From Mobula hypostoma (lineage: Eukaryota), in assembly GCF_963921235.1 (NCBI RefSeq), contig NC_086109.1, forward strand, positions 6,326,001 to 6,390,000: a DNA stretch of 64,000 bases. The letters are read 5' to 3'. The notes under the pieces are model-generated. The model saw only the letters and a list, made by a program, of their open reading frames with translations. It did no database searches and was not told the DNA's origin. Made by a program: the position numbers and the translations under genes. This document shows, piece after piece, positions 13,345 through 25,772 of this stretch (its first letter is position 1; each line of letters begins with the position of its first letter).

Positions 13345-13645
13345 CCAGGCAGGGTAGTGGTTAGTATAACACTGTACAGTGCCAATGACCCAACTTCAAC
13401 TCTTCCACTGTCTGTGTGGAATTTTCACATTCGTAATTGCGCTGGTCTCCTCCAGGTGCTCCAGTTTCCTCCCACATTCCAAAAACATACAGGTTAGGGT
13501 TAGTAAATTGTGGGCATGCGATGTAGGCACCTGAAGGATGGGGACACTTGCCAGCTGCCCTAACACATCCGTAAACTATGTTGGTTGCTCAATGCATTTC
13601 ACTGTATGTTCCAACATGTATATGACAAATAAAGCTAATCTTTAC
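13345..13645 (+). mobile_element. tRNA-derived SINE (HE1/V-SINE-like)
   Basis: Decayed A/B boxes, then the V-domain-like ctccaggtgctccagtttcctcccacattccaaa. Related copies at ~34045-34290, ~39950-40230 and ~58435-58660. Confidence 0.7.
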
Positions 13646-15010
13646 ATCCTTCTGCTTTTGTGGCAAGATATTACTAAAGGAATGTAATTAGATAGTAAAA
13701 GAATGGTTACTACCTTCTCCATAAGTAACCTGGCTGAACATCTAACCCATCTCTAGGCACCAGGGATATTTATTTACATAGGGCAAAGCTTGGGTAGAGC
13801 ACTTCAATTTCACGGTCATTTTGGAGTAGTGCCATCTATTAGTAGTTCAAGATCTTGTCTGTGGGAAATATTCAAGCTCGCATTACAATGGCATACTGTT
13901 TCAGTAAGAATTACTAGTAGAGTTGGTTTAGCAGCTTTTGTAAGAAATAGAAAATAAAATCTGCAGTCTATCATGGAAGATCTGGGTAAAAATTAATTTT
14001 CTCAAATGTTAGTAATTCTAAATGGCTCCATTCATTTGCAGCACCAGTCTTAACTGAACCACTAAGCCCCAGGGTATTGCAACAAATCTATTTCTGGAAC
14101 AACCAGCAACACACTTGACTCAATTTACTTTTCTATTCATTTTGTCTTTCAACTTTAACACCCGCCAGTCTAATAGAAAGAAAAATGCAATGAAAAGATT
14201 TAATAGAATATGAATGTAGAAAATAAATAAGACCAACAATGTAAAATAAATGTTCAGAATAATTTTTCTTCACTTTTTCCTTGAGTTTGAGAATGAATGA
14301 TAAAAGCATCGATTTACTTAGTGGCAAATCAGGTCCCTCTCATAGAAATGGCAAAGTTAGTCAAGAAAGGTAGAAATAGTATTAAAGTGAAAATCTGATG
14401 ATCCTTGACCTGAAACATTAACTCTTTATCTCCTTCCACAGATGCTGCTTGATTTGTGGAATCTTTCCAATATTTTCTGGGGGTTTTTTTACAATATATG
14501 CAGTAGAATTAGAATGGTGAATACTCAGACAGAAGAGGCAAAATTAAAACTAGTGTGTTTCTGATATGGGCAAGCTAAGTTCGGCACTATTCCCAAAACT
14601 CTTCTGCAAAAATAAAGCTCAGCCCTTAAAGGTATACTCCCTATGGCTGTCAGATAGCAGTGACGCAGATAAGGAACAGGCTACAAGGAAAGAATGACAT
14701 CCCAGTTTTCTGCAGGGAACACTGAAGTGCTGGTGAATGAAATGAGTGCCAGGAGGGAAGTCTTGACCATTAGTAGTCAGGAGACCTGCTAGGTCATTAA
14801 AAAAAATGCCTGAATGGAGTTAGCTCAAACTGTCTAATCTGGGAGCAATAATCCTTCAATGCCCTTTTACTGCCACAAGAGTTTTCACAACTACACCACT
14901 GCCTCCAAGATATATTTATCCAGAGCCAAGGCAGCAATACAGGGTGAGGAGATAATCTACAGCTCATTCAGATTAAAAGAACAAGAATTATGAAGGAGAT
15001 AGGTAGGAGT

Positions 15011-15329
15011 CAATGTTTCCTCTAATTTGTAATCTTGTGCTGTGCAATTTTTTGCCCAGTGATAACAACATGTGCACACTGAATAATTTCTTCAATAAAA
15101 CAGTATAAATAAGCCAGTTCTAAAATCTGCAGACAAATCATTGCAAACTCCATGTTGTCAACACCATCCACTTCAGAAACTGGGAAAGGAAATGTGATTG
15201 TGCACAATCATGAAATTTACTTAACATGTTATTGAGGTAGAGGGTGACAGCCTTTAGTGTGAAGTTTAAATTCCTTTGTGCACTAGTAGCAAAAGATGTG
15301 TGCGTGAGCACACCTTAGAGGGACTATTG
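15011..15329. mobile_element. Non-autonomous hAT DNA transposon
   Basis: TIRs caatgtttcctctaa / ttagagggactattg. Perfect 8-bp TSD gtaggagt at 15003-15010 and 15330-15337. Confidence 0.9.
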
Positions 15330-15840
15330 GTAGGAGTCCCTATTTAGTGCAATGTCTCATTATTCTAGAGGATAATTCTCCTCCTCACAGGCAATCAGTA
15401 AAATCATGGTGGAACTTCTGCACTAATTCCACTTTACTATCTTGTTCCAATTCTTTTTTGATTCCCTAATTTCTGAACTTTGTTTTATGCTCAGCTTGAC
15501 TGTTTTCATAAAATGGCTATCTGCAGTAGAGAGATCCAAAATTGCTTGGCTTCTATTTTTATTGACTTCCCAGAATTTTGTATGTTTCAGTGATAGCACC
15601 TCTCATTGGAGGGTTTAGAAGAGTATTCTATTTGATGTCTCCTTCCCCGGCACAACCCCCTCCTTCCAGATATGATTCTCATGAATTTTTCCTGTACCTC
15701 CTCCCAAGTAGATACTTTAGGCTAACAGTGCATTTGTCCACCATAAGGGCGAATTCCACACTTTTTTGATGAGGACTGACTGAAGTCTCAATGGACCAGT
15801 TGTCCTAATCCTGCTTTTATGCTCTTGGTCATAAAACACA

Positions 15841-16156
15841 TGGGCACGTGGCCAAGTGGTTAAGGCATTGGACTAGCTACCTGAAGATCGTGAGTCCGAG
15901 CCCCAGCTGAGGGAACGTGTTGTGTCCTTGAGCAAGGCACTTAATCACACATTGCTCTGCGACGACACTGGTGCCAAGCTGTATGGGTCCTAATGCCCTT
16001 CCCTTGGACAACATTGGTGTCGTGGAGAGGGGAGACTTGCAGCATGGGCAACTGCTGGTCTTCCATACAACCTTGCCCAGGCCTGCGCCCTGGAGAGTGA
16101 AGACTTTCCAGGCGCAGATCCATGGTCTCGCAAGACTAACGGATGCCTTTTCTTTT
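15841..16156 (+). mobile_element. Full-length tRNA-derived SINE with CORE-like segment and RTE-type tail
   Basis: A box gtggccaagtggt, B-box-like gagtccgagccc, CORE-like tgtgtccttgagcaaggcacttaa. Exact 12-bp TSD tcataaaacaca (15829-15840, 16157-16168). Confidence 0.88.
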
Positions 16157-16574
16157 TCATAAAACACAAGGAAATGGCCCAGTAGGCATCCTAAGAAAAT
16201 TTTACCAAGATACTAAACAGTAGCATATAATTGCTCCCAGATTGGTAGCTGGTTTAATATTGTCACTTGTACGAAGATGCAGTGAAAAACTTTTGTTTCA
16301 CAGGCCACCACTATAAATTATTCCAAACAGAAGTACTTCAGGATAGTACAAAGGGAAAAACAAAGGAAAATTATTCCTTTTTTTGGCCTGATCATTTCAC
16401 CTGGTAGCATATATCATGTTTATTGATCCAGCAAAACTTCTTAGGAAAATCAAAAGATAAAGATTAGCTTTAGTTAGTCAGCCTTGATGAAGGGTCTCAG
16501 CCCAAAACATTGACTGTTTATTCGTCCCCATAGATGCCACCTGATCTGCTGAATTTCTCCAACATTTTGTGTGA

Positions 16575-17065
16575 CCACACTTGGAATATTGTAAGCAGTT
16601 TTTGCCCCTTAGTTAAGAAAGGATATATTGGCATTGGAGAGGGTCCAGAGGAGACTCATGATCGTGATCTCAGGAATGAAAGGGTTAACTTATGAGAGGC
16701 ATTTGATGGCTCTGGAACTGTACTTGCTGCAGTTTAGATGAATTGGGGATGGGGGTGGGGGAGGAATCTCAGTGAAACCTATCAAATATTAAAAGGCCAA
16801 GACAGAGTGACATGCAGAAGATGTTTCCTATACTAGGGGAGTCTAGGACCAGAGGGCACAGCCTCAGAATAGAGGAACGTCCATTTAGAACAGAGGTGAG
16901 GCGGAATTTCTTAAGCCAGAGGATGGTGAACTTGTGGAATTCATTGACACAGATGGCTATGGAGGTATAGTATATTAGTCAGGGCATCAAAGATTATATG
17001 TAAAAGGCAGGAGAATGAGGTTAAGACAGATAATAGAATTGCCCAATCTGCCCCGGGTCTTATGG
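16575..17065 (+). mobile_element. CR1 LINE 3' fragment
   Basis: cacacttggaatattgt...gcattggagagggtccagaggag, homologous to 25200-25770, ending in tcttatgg. Confidence 0.85.
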
Positions 17066-18429
17066 TGTGTGTCACTAAGTTTCTTAAAGCATTTTAGAAA
17101 TTATATCATAAATAATTAATATAGAATCTTATGGTGATAAAGTTCACAATATTTAGCAGCCAGTCCTTTCAAAAAGTTGAGTCTGTGGATTATAAGCTTA
17201 TCTTGAAGAATCTTTTTTTGTTATCAATGTGGTGACCTTAAAATGAATTTCAGAACTTCTGGTATGTTGCTTCAGGACATAACTTCCCCTTTCTTGCAAT
17301 GTAAGCTCTGATGAAATATCTTCAAATGTAACTGAGGTGTAGAAATCAAATAAACAAGCTGATAAAAGTATTGCCATTGTAAAACCAACCCGCAGAGAGA
17401 CAAGTCTTTATAGACCTCACTCTATTCTTTGGTGTCATTTTGACACACACACAGAACCAGAACATTATCGCCTGATGTTCACGCTTCCCTTCAACCAGTA
17501 GTCACACACAGTATTAAGTTGTTTAGAACCAATGCTAAAGTTTCACGTATATCTCTAAACTGCTAAATGTGTCCAATACAAAATAGAAAAGGACTCTAAC
17601 CTTTTCTCTAATTTAGAGATACAGCATGGAAAAGGCCCTCCTGCCACCACCTATCTAACCCTAGCCTAATCACAAGACCACTTTACAATGATCAATTACA
17701 ACCAGAATCAGGTTTATTATCACCAACATGTGTTCGTGAAAGAAACAAAAGGAGCAAGAAACTGTTTAGACCTCTAGCCTACAGTGCAAAATTCGGTTCT
17801 GCTAAAGGCCTGTTTCCTTGGAGTGCATCTGAATCAGTGTTACTATCTCCTGAGGGTGGGTTCAACATGACCATTGGACACGTTGGTAATGACACCAGTG
17901 GTAGGCCGTATTTCAAATAACAATGAGTAATGTACAGGATAGAGAGCTTAGTAACATGGTGCCTTGACCACAACTTTTTCCTCAATGTCAACAAAACAAA
18001 AACTGGTCATTGACTTCTGGAAAATGGGGCAATGCAAATGTTCCTATTTACGGTAACAGTGCTGAGGTTGAGAGATTCAAGTTCTTGGCCTGACCACAAA
18101 GACGGTCAAGAAAGCTCACCAATGCCTATACTTCCTCAAGGAAAGAAAATTAGCATGACCCCATCAACCCTTACCAATTTTTAATCAATGCTCCACAGAA
18201 AGCATCCTACCTGGGTGCATCATGACTTGGTTCAGCAACTGCTCATCCCCTGACTGCAAAACTTTGAGGAAGCAATTCACCAGTACATTCTAAAGGGAAT
18301 ACAGGAATGGGCAAAAAATTCTGAAGTTGCCATTATATCCACATCCCACAACCAGGTTAAACATTTTTTAAAATTCCATGAATTATCTCAAAACATATTG
18401 CTCTGTTAAATGCATGAGAGGAATTCAGG

Positions 18430-18690
18430 TTGCTTACACAAAATGGTGGAGGAACTCAGCAGGTCAGGCAACATCTATGGAGAGAAATAAACAGTCTATG
18501 TTTCGGCTAAAATCCTTCATTAGGAATCTGCCCGTTCATCAGATCAGATGGCTTCATCTGTCCTGATGAAGGGTCTCAGCCTAAAACATCAACCTCTTAT
18601 TCCCCTCCATAGATGCTGCCTGTCCTTCTGAGTTCCTCCACCATTTTCTATGTTTTTCTCTAGATATCCAGCATCTGTAGAACTTTGTAA
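18430..18690. mobile_element. Older Penelope-derived fold-back element
   Basis: ggaggaactcagcaggtcaggca...ctatgga, then its reverse complement preceded by cctgatgaagggtctcagcctaaaacatc. Confidence 0.78.
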
Positions 18691-20287
18691 GTTTATAACA
18701 CAAGTTGCTGTTCCCTTATTGTAGAGTTGGGTGGAGGGAGTTTACTTCCATTGTGCTTTGTTTCTCATCCTCTCCCCATATTCCAGTTAAAGTCTCCTGA
18801 AAACACCCCATCCCAAACTCACTGAACATCCAATTTGCCTCTAGTATGCAAATTAAATGCAGTCTACTGATAATATTCAAGATAGTAAATTGCTATTGGT
18901 CTGTCCTCACCCCCATTTGAATAGTCAGCTCACTTTACCATTAGTAACTATACTGTGGTATGGTATAATAAGGATTGAAAACTGTGCACAGAGGCCACTT
19001 ATAGAGATTATCCGACTATGAACCGTACCGAAAGATGGAGATGGAAAATGAATGCTGAGAAAACCCTTGGTCTATTTCATCTTTTAGAAGTCCATGTTAT
19101 ATCTCAGATGTATTTGAAAGGTCTAAAACTCTTTATAATCATCAGAATCACTTTGTAATAACTGATATGTACTGTATTGTGAAATGCAGTGTAATACAGT
19201 GCAATACAGAAAAATAATGCCAAGTTACAACATGAAATATTTTTTAAAAAGTAGTGCAAATTGAGGGCAAAATAGCAAAGCCAAATTCATGAATTCTTGG
19301 ACTGTTCAGAGATCTAATGCCAGAGGGGAAGAAGCAGTTCCTAAAATGTTGAGAGTGAGCCTCAAGTCTCCTGTACCTCCTCCTTGACGGTAATAATGAG
19401 AAAAGGGCATGTCCTGGGTGGGAGGTCCTTATTGATGGGTGACACCTTTTTAAAGCAAAAATTCAGAATTTCCAACAGCTTTTTATTGTCTTATCTGCTA
19501 CTCTGTAATTTCATGACAATGTGGCAACAAAGTTAGGACAGTACTCCCTGTGATTCTGGCCTATATTTATCCTTAGTACAAATTAATCACCTATTTTCTG
19601 GTGATCATATTTCTGCCAATGGAAATTTTTACTCACATTCTTGACCCTGAGGGTGTAACGGAGGAAAAAAATTTCATAAATTTGTTTCTGTGGTTCCCCT
19701 ACTGCAGTAATGACTGCAGTTCAAAACCTACTTTAATGGCTAGAAACCATTTTGCAACCCCGAGGTGACAAAAAGCTTTGTATAACTATATGCCTTAATG
19801 GGGTTAAGCCTAATGCAGATTAGCATAGATGAGCTTACTTGCCTTTGAATCGTTAATGTTTTGTTGCCACTGGCAGGTTTGATACAGTACTGTCAGCAGC
19901 CATGCAAATTTAAGGCTGCGCAGAATTACTTTTGTACATCTATTACACAATTAGCAGAAAAGAACTTAGCAAAGATCCAGAGGTAAACAACAGTGTCCTA
20001 AGGCAAATATGTGTGGTTTTCTTTCTGGTTGCTTGTGCAAAGGAAATACTAACCCTGTAAGATGCCCAGAATAGTCTGGTGGCATCTTGCGGTACAAACC
20101 ATATGTCTGGGTGCTACTTCATGATTTGTTTTGTATTTTGAGAGAGCTGATCATGCAGAAGTGGTCCTTCACAACACATGCAAGCAGTGCTGAGTCATTA
20201 TTTAAAGGGGATTGGCCTGAACATACTTATGCTAAATACATGTACACTCTATGTTAAAATGGTGCCCCTCATGGTTGTTCTCCCTTA

Positions 20288-20981
20288 CAAGGTTCGTCCA
20301 TCGTCATCGATGAAGACCTCGACACCATTAGTACTTTTTACGAGGTCGAGAGACTCAACCCGGCATGGATGGAAAGCTTGCCAGGGTGCGGCTCGACTGG
20401 GTTCGAACTCGGGAACCTTCACTCCTGGAGTCCAGCGCTGATGTCACTGCGCCACCAGCCGGCTTTTGGTGCCGAGACTAGTGTGTGATTTGGATTTAAA
20501 TGAGGGAGAGTTGCGCAGCGCCAGCCTCACTCTCTTTTCCCAATTCCCATCTGGATCCAGTGGCAAGACAAGAGTCGAGACAGCTGGAGATAGGACTAGG
20601 TGCAATGGATGACCAGGACATCTTATGTGTCTTGTCGTGCTCCACGTGTTCCACGACGCTTACAGAGACCGCCTTCTTGACCGTTGGACCTTCCATTGGT
20701 CTCGTCCGCTCAATCCGCCGGAGTCTATCTTCACATGCTGGGATAGACAACTCCCTATCTCACCGAGGGGTTGAGACCCGTCGGCTACCCTCACCTGGTT
20801 TAGCCGGCTTGTTGAAGCCGTTGCCCGGGGTGTGGCCGCAGTCGCATGCAAACAGTTATGGGGAGCCACAGGTGAAAGCTGAGTGCCAGGTGGGGACCAA
20901 AGGTGGACAAACCACCCTGAAAAGGACGTGATGTGTTTCCCCACCAGAGGTGCTAACACTCCCTGACACCCCATGCACTCC
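20288..20981 (-). mobile_element. Non-autonomous RTE-type retroelement containing a tRNA-derived SINE
   Basis: GC/CpG-rich block bounded by exact 12-bp TSD tgttctccctta (20276-20287, 20982-20993). Resembles RTE 5'UTR/3'-end fusions from recall. Confidence 0.72.
20335..20463 (-). mobile_element. Short tRNA-derived SINE
   Basis: Reverse strand GCCGGCTGGTGGCGCAGTG (A box) ... GAGTTCGAACCC (B box), ending in CGTAAAAA. Confidence 0.78.
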
Positions 20982-22869
20982 TGTTCTCCCTTAGTGATTG
21001 TCTAAACTACCAAGCCCAAATGTTACTTTTTGATTCACAACTGTATTGTGACCCCTAATGATCACCAACCTGATCACAATCCCAAACATAACATTAGTTA
21101 GGGTAGTAAATAGTGATAAAAGTTTACTTTGAACTTTGAACTCTCACTCCCAGCAGCCAATTGCAACTTCCTCTAACGACCAGACCCAAACCTTAAGATT
21201 TTAACACACACCCTTTTGCTCAGCCGCCAACTGACATTGAAGATTTTCAAAGCCTCCCTGTGTGGAAAGGATAAAAGGGATTTGAGTATACAAGGTCAAA
21301 ATGCCACTGTTAGGTTATCGTGTCAGGTTAGCTATGGATTTCACCTATTTTCCCAAGGAATTTCCAATGTACCAAGTGGCTAAACCCTGTCCAATTGCTT
21401 GGTTGAATCATTATAAAAAACATACGGATTCATTTGTAGAAAATCTGCTGCTAACTGAAAATGAAACCTTGGTTGTGGTAAGAGAAAAAAACAGATAGCA
21501 CAACAGAAAATGCAAATCTCAAATGCAAAACTCAAATTGTTACTAAATACTGTGAGCATATAAAAGTCATCTCATTACTACCATCAGAAAGGAGGTACAG
21601 GAGCCTGAAGGCACACACTCAATGTTTTAAGAACAGCCTCTTCTCCTGAACTACCTCACTTTTTGCACTACTTTTTAAAAAATATTTCTTTAGTAACATT
21701 TGTGATTTTGTGTCATGCACTGCTTTGCTGTCACAAAACAACAAATTTCTCAACATGTGACAATAAACCTGATTCTGATTCTGTCAAAACTTTAACTATA
21801 TAAACGCATTACTGTCTTGTTGCACATAAATAATCAGAATATTATTAAATCTAACTGTGAAGTGTACTTCATTATTAACAAATGAGAAAAATTGTTCATA
21901 TTTAAAATTATTGCCCTTCTGAGCTGGAAAAGGTTATGATCAACTTAAAAGAAAATCATATAATTTGTTCAGCTGTGAAAACCAAGTTTCATTTTTGGCT
22001 ATGTCTTATACAAAATGAAAATCTATGACTACATTTTTTTTTCTTCACATGTATTGAAAAAGCCATTTTTTAAAATCTGCAACTCAAAGAACGTAGAATT
22101 CTGACCAACTTAAAATGATGATTAAAAGTTATAACACTGCAAACAATAAGCCTGATACTAAAGCACAGCAGCAATTTGTGCCGATAACAAAATTTGTAGA
22201 CAAAAGCTGACCAATACTATAATTAAATACATTTATAACAATGCATCTGATAAAAGATCTTCAAATAGCTTTTATGCGTTTAGCTGGAAGGTACATTTGT
22301 GAAGAAATAACAAAATATTAAAAATGATAAAAATCACAAATAAAACCATGCTGGAAACACCTAGCAGGTCAGACAGCAACGAATGAATAAACCTGCATTT
22401 TACAACAATACATTTACGTGCTTTGATATAACTCCAATTCCATCAGATTGGCCTTCTATCCTAAAATTTGTTAAAAATATTCTCATTCCTTCCCTCATCT
22501 TCACTGATCAACATCTGAACCACTCAAATCCTTGCCTTATCAATAGCCCAGATTTTACATCTGTGAATGGCTTGAGACTAAAAGCACCACATGAACACGG
22601 GGTGATATCTATTAAACAGTTATTGAAATAATAATTGTAGAAAGTACAATTTAATGTTTAATCACAATTTCAATACAGACTGATCAACACAATGTGATTC
22701 TGCAAAATTCTGATATTCTTCTACCTCCTTTTTTTGCTTGTACCATTTCGGCTCCCCATTTATATTTACCATCAAACCTTATTTTTTAATCTTCCCTCTG
22801 CGGCCCATCCTTTTAAAATATTCAAATAACGTCTATGTGCTTACTAGGCGTACAGAAAGTTCAACTAAA

Positions 22870-23470
22870 CACCTCGATTTCCTCACTTGCAGACCTCAGT
22901 CAATTCAGATTGGCAACATCTCCTCCACAATCTCTATCAGCAAGGTACTCCATAAGGCTAAATGCTTAGCCCCTTGCTCTACTCATTTTAATCTGAGGAC
23001 CAAGTGGCTAAGCACAGCTCCAATCCCATATTTAAGTTTGCTGGTGGTACCACTGTTGTGGGTCAAATCAAAGGTGGTGGCGGATCAGCATATATAGGAG
23101 GGAGACTGAAAATCTGGCTGAGTGGTGCTACAACAACCACCTCTTCCTCAATGTCAGCAAGACCAAGGAGTGGATTATTGACTTCAGTGATCCATGTGCC
23201 TGTCCTCACCAGGGGATCAGAGGTAAAGACAGTCAGCAACTTTAAATTCTTCAGTGTTATCATTTCAGAAGAACTGACTTGGCCCAGCACAAGTGCAATT
23301 AGGAAGAAAGCATGGTAGTGCCTTCACTTCCTTAGAAGTATGCAAAGAGTTGGCATAACATCTAAATTTAGATTAGATTAGATTTAGATTCCTTTAACTT
23401 TATCTATAACTTTGCCTATCTTCTATAGCTGTGTGGTGGAGAATATATTGACTGGCTGTATCACAGACTG
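22870..23470 (+). mobile_element. Rex1/Babar-like LINE fragment (continues at ~25775-26100 after a CR1 insertion)
   Basis: [14 protein letters not shown] and IFKFAGGTTVVGQI (decayed FADDT motif). The downstream part NLPTIENIY resumes after the CR1 tail. Confidence 0.85.
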
Positions 23471-23474
23471 GTAA

Positions 23475-25772
23475 TGAACCAGAATTGATTAGAGAGCTTA
23501 AGGTAAAAGAACCCTCAAGGGAAGTGATCATTATATGATCGAATTCACCCTGAAATTTGAGAAGTTAAAGTCAAGCATATCAGCATTACAGTGGAGTAAA
23601 GGGAATTATAGAGGCATGAAAGAAAAGTTGGACAAAATTGATTGCAAAGAACACTGGCAAGGATGATGGCAAGGCAGCAATGGCTAGAATTTCTGGAAGC
23701 AATTTGGAAAGCACAGGATATATACATCCCAAAGAGGAAATCAATTCTATAGGAAAGATAACACAACCGTGATTAACAAGAGAAGTCAAAGCCAACATAA
23801 AAGCCAGAGAGGGCATCTAACAGAGCAAAGATTAATGAAAAATTAGAGGATTGGGAAGCTTTCAAATACCAACAGAAGGCAACTAAAAATCCCATTAAGG
23901 TAAAGATAGAGTATGAAAGTAAGCTAGCCAATAATATTAACGAGGATACCAAAAGTTTCTTCAGACACATAAAGTGTAAAAGAGAGGCGAAAGTGAATAT
24001 TGGACTGCTGGAAAATGATGCTGGAGAGGTAGTAATGTGGGACACGGTACTGGTGGATGAACTGAATAAGTATTTTGCATCAGTTTTCATTGTGAAGACA
24101 TTAGCAGTATGGTGGAAGTACCAGATACCAGGGGTCATGAAGTGTGTGAAGTTACCATTACTAGAGCAAAGGTTCTTGTGAAACTGGAAGGTCTGAAGGT
24201 AGATAAGTCACCTGGACCAGATGATAAACACCCTACAGTTCTAAAAGAGGTGGCTGAAGAGATTATGGAGGCATTAGTAATGATCTTTCAAGAATCATTA
24301 GATTGTGGAATGGTTTTGGAAGACTGCAAAATTGCATATGTCATTCCACTCTTCAAGAAGAGAGAGACAGAGGCAAAAGGAAGGAAACTATAGACCAGTT
24401 AGTCTGACCTCAGTGGTAGGGAAGATGTTGCAGTCGATTATTAAGGACGAGGTCTCAGGGTACTTGGAGACACATGATAAAACAGGCCACAGTCAGCACG
24501 GTTTCCTCAAGGGAAAATTTTGTCTGACAAATCTTTTGGAATTCTTTGAAGTAATAACAAGCAGGATAGACAAAGCAGAATTGGTTGATGTTGTGTACCT
24601 GGGTTTTCAGATCATCTTTGACAAAGTGCCACACAAGAGGCTGCTTAACAAGCTACAAGCCCATGGTATTACAGAAAAGATTCCAACGTAGATAAAGCTG
24701 TGGCTGATTGGTAGGAGGCAAAAAATGGGAATAAAGGGAGCTTTTTCTGACTGGCCATCAGTGACTAGTAGTGTTGGGGCTGATTCTTTTTACGTTATAT
24801 GTCAATGATTTGGATGATGGATTGATGGCTTTATTGCAAAGCTTGCAGACGATGTGAAGATAGGTGGAGGGGCAGGCAGTTTTGAGGAAGTAGAGAGACT
24901 ACAGAAAGTCTTAGGCAGATTAGGAGAATAGACAAAGAAATGGCAGATGGAATACAGTGTCAGAGAATGTACAGTCATGTACTTCGGAAGAAGAAATAAA
25001 AGGGTTGACTAGTGTTGAAATGTACAGAAAACAAAAATCTGAGGTGCAAAAGAACTTGGAAGTACTTGCACAAGATCCCCTCAAGGTTAATTTGCAGGTT
25101 GAGTCTGCAGTGAGGAAGGCAGCTGCAATGTTAGTATTCATTTCATGAGGATTAGAATATAAAAGCAAGGATGTAATGTTGAAACTTTATAAAGCACTGG
25201 TGAGGCCTCACTTGGAGTATTGTGAGCAAGTTTTGGGCCCCTTATCATAGAAAGGATGTGCTGAATCTGGACAGGCTTCAAAGGAGGTTCACAAAAATGA
25301 TTCTGGGATTGAAAAGGTTGTCATATGAGGAGCATTTGATGGCTCTAGGCCTGTATTCCCTAGAATTCAGAAGAATGTGGGGTGACCTCAATGAAACCTA
25401 TTGAAAGGTGAAAGGCCTTGATAGAGTGGATGTGGAGAGGATATTTCCTACGGTGTGACAGTCTAAGACCAGAGGACACAGCCTCAGAAAAAAAGGGGCA
25501 TCCTTTTAGAATGGAGATGAAGAAGAATTTCTCTGGTCAGAGGGTGGTGATTCTGTGGAATTCTTTGCCACAGGCAGCTGTGGAGATCAAGTCTTCATGT
25601 ATATTTAAGGCAGAGGTTGCTAGATTCTTGATTGGTCAGGGCATGAAGGGATATGGGGAGAAGGCAGGAGATTAGGGCTGAGAGGAAAAGTGAATCAGCC
25701 AATATGAAGTGGCACAGCAGACTCGATGGGCCAAATGGCCCAATTCTGCTCCTATGTCTTATCTTATGGTCT
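23475..25772 (+). mobile_element. CR1 LINE, ~2.3 kb 5'-truncated ORF2 relic
   Basis: KSPGPD..HPTVLKE, NYRPVSLTSVVGK, SQHGFLKGKFCLTNLLEFF, VYLGFQIIFDKVPHKRLL, LADD (decayed FADD). Tail tcttatcttatggtctta; multiple frameshifts. Confidence 0.95.

Noticed and set aside
20390..20463. Possible tRNA gene (A and B boxes)
   Set aside because: No proper acceptor or anticodon stems. It continues into a SINE body with an A-rich end.
20496..20974. Three overlapping 84-143 aa ORFs
   Set aside because: GC-rich repeat sequence inside a TSD-bounded element, with no recognisable domain.
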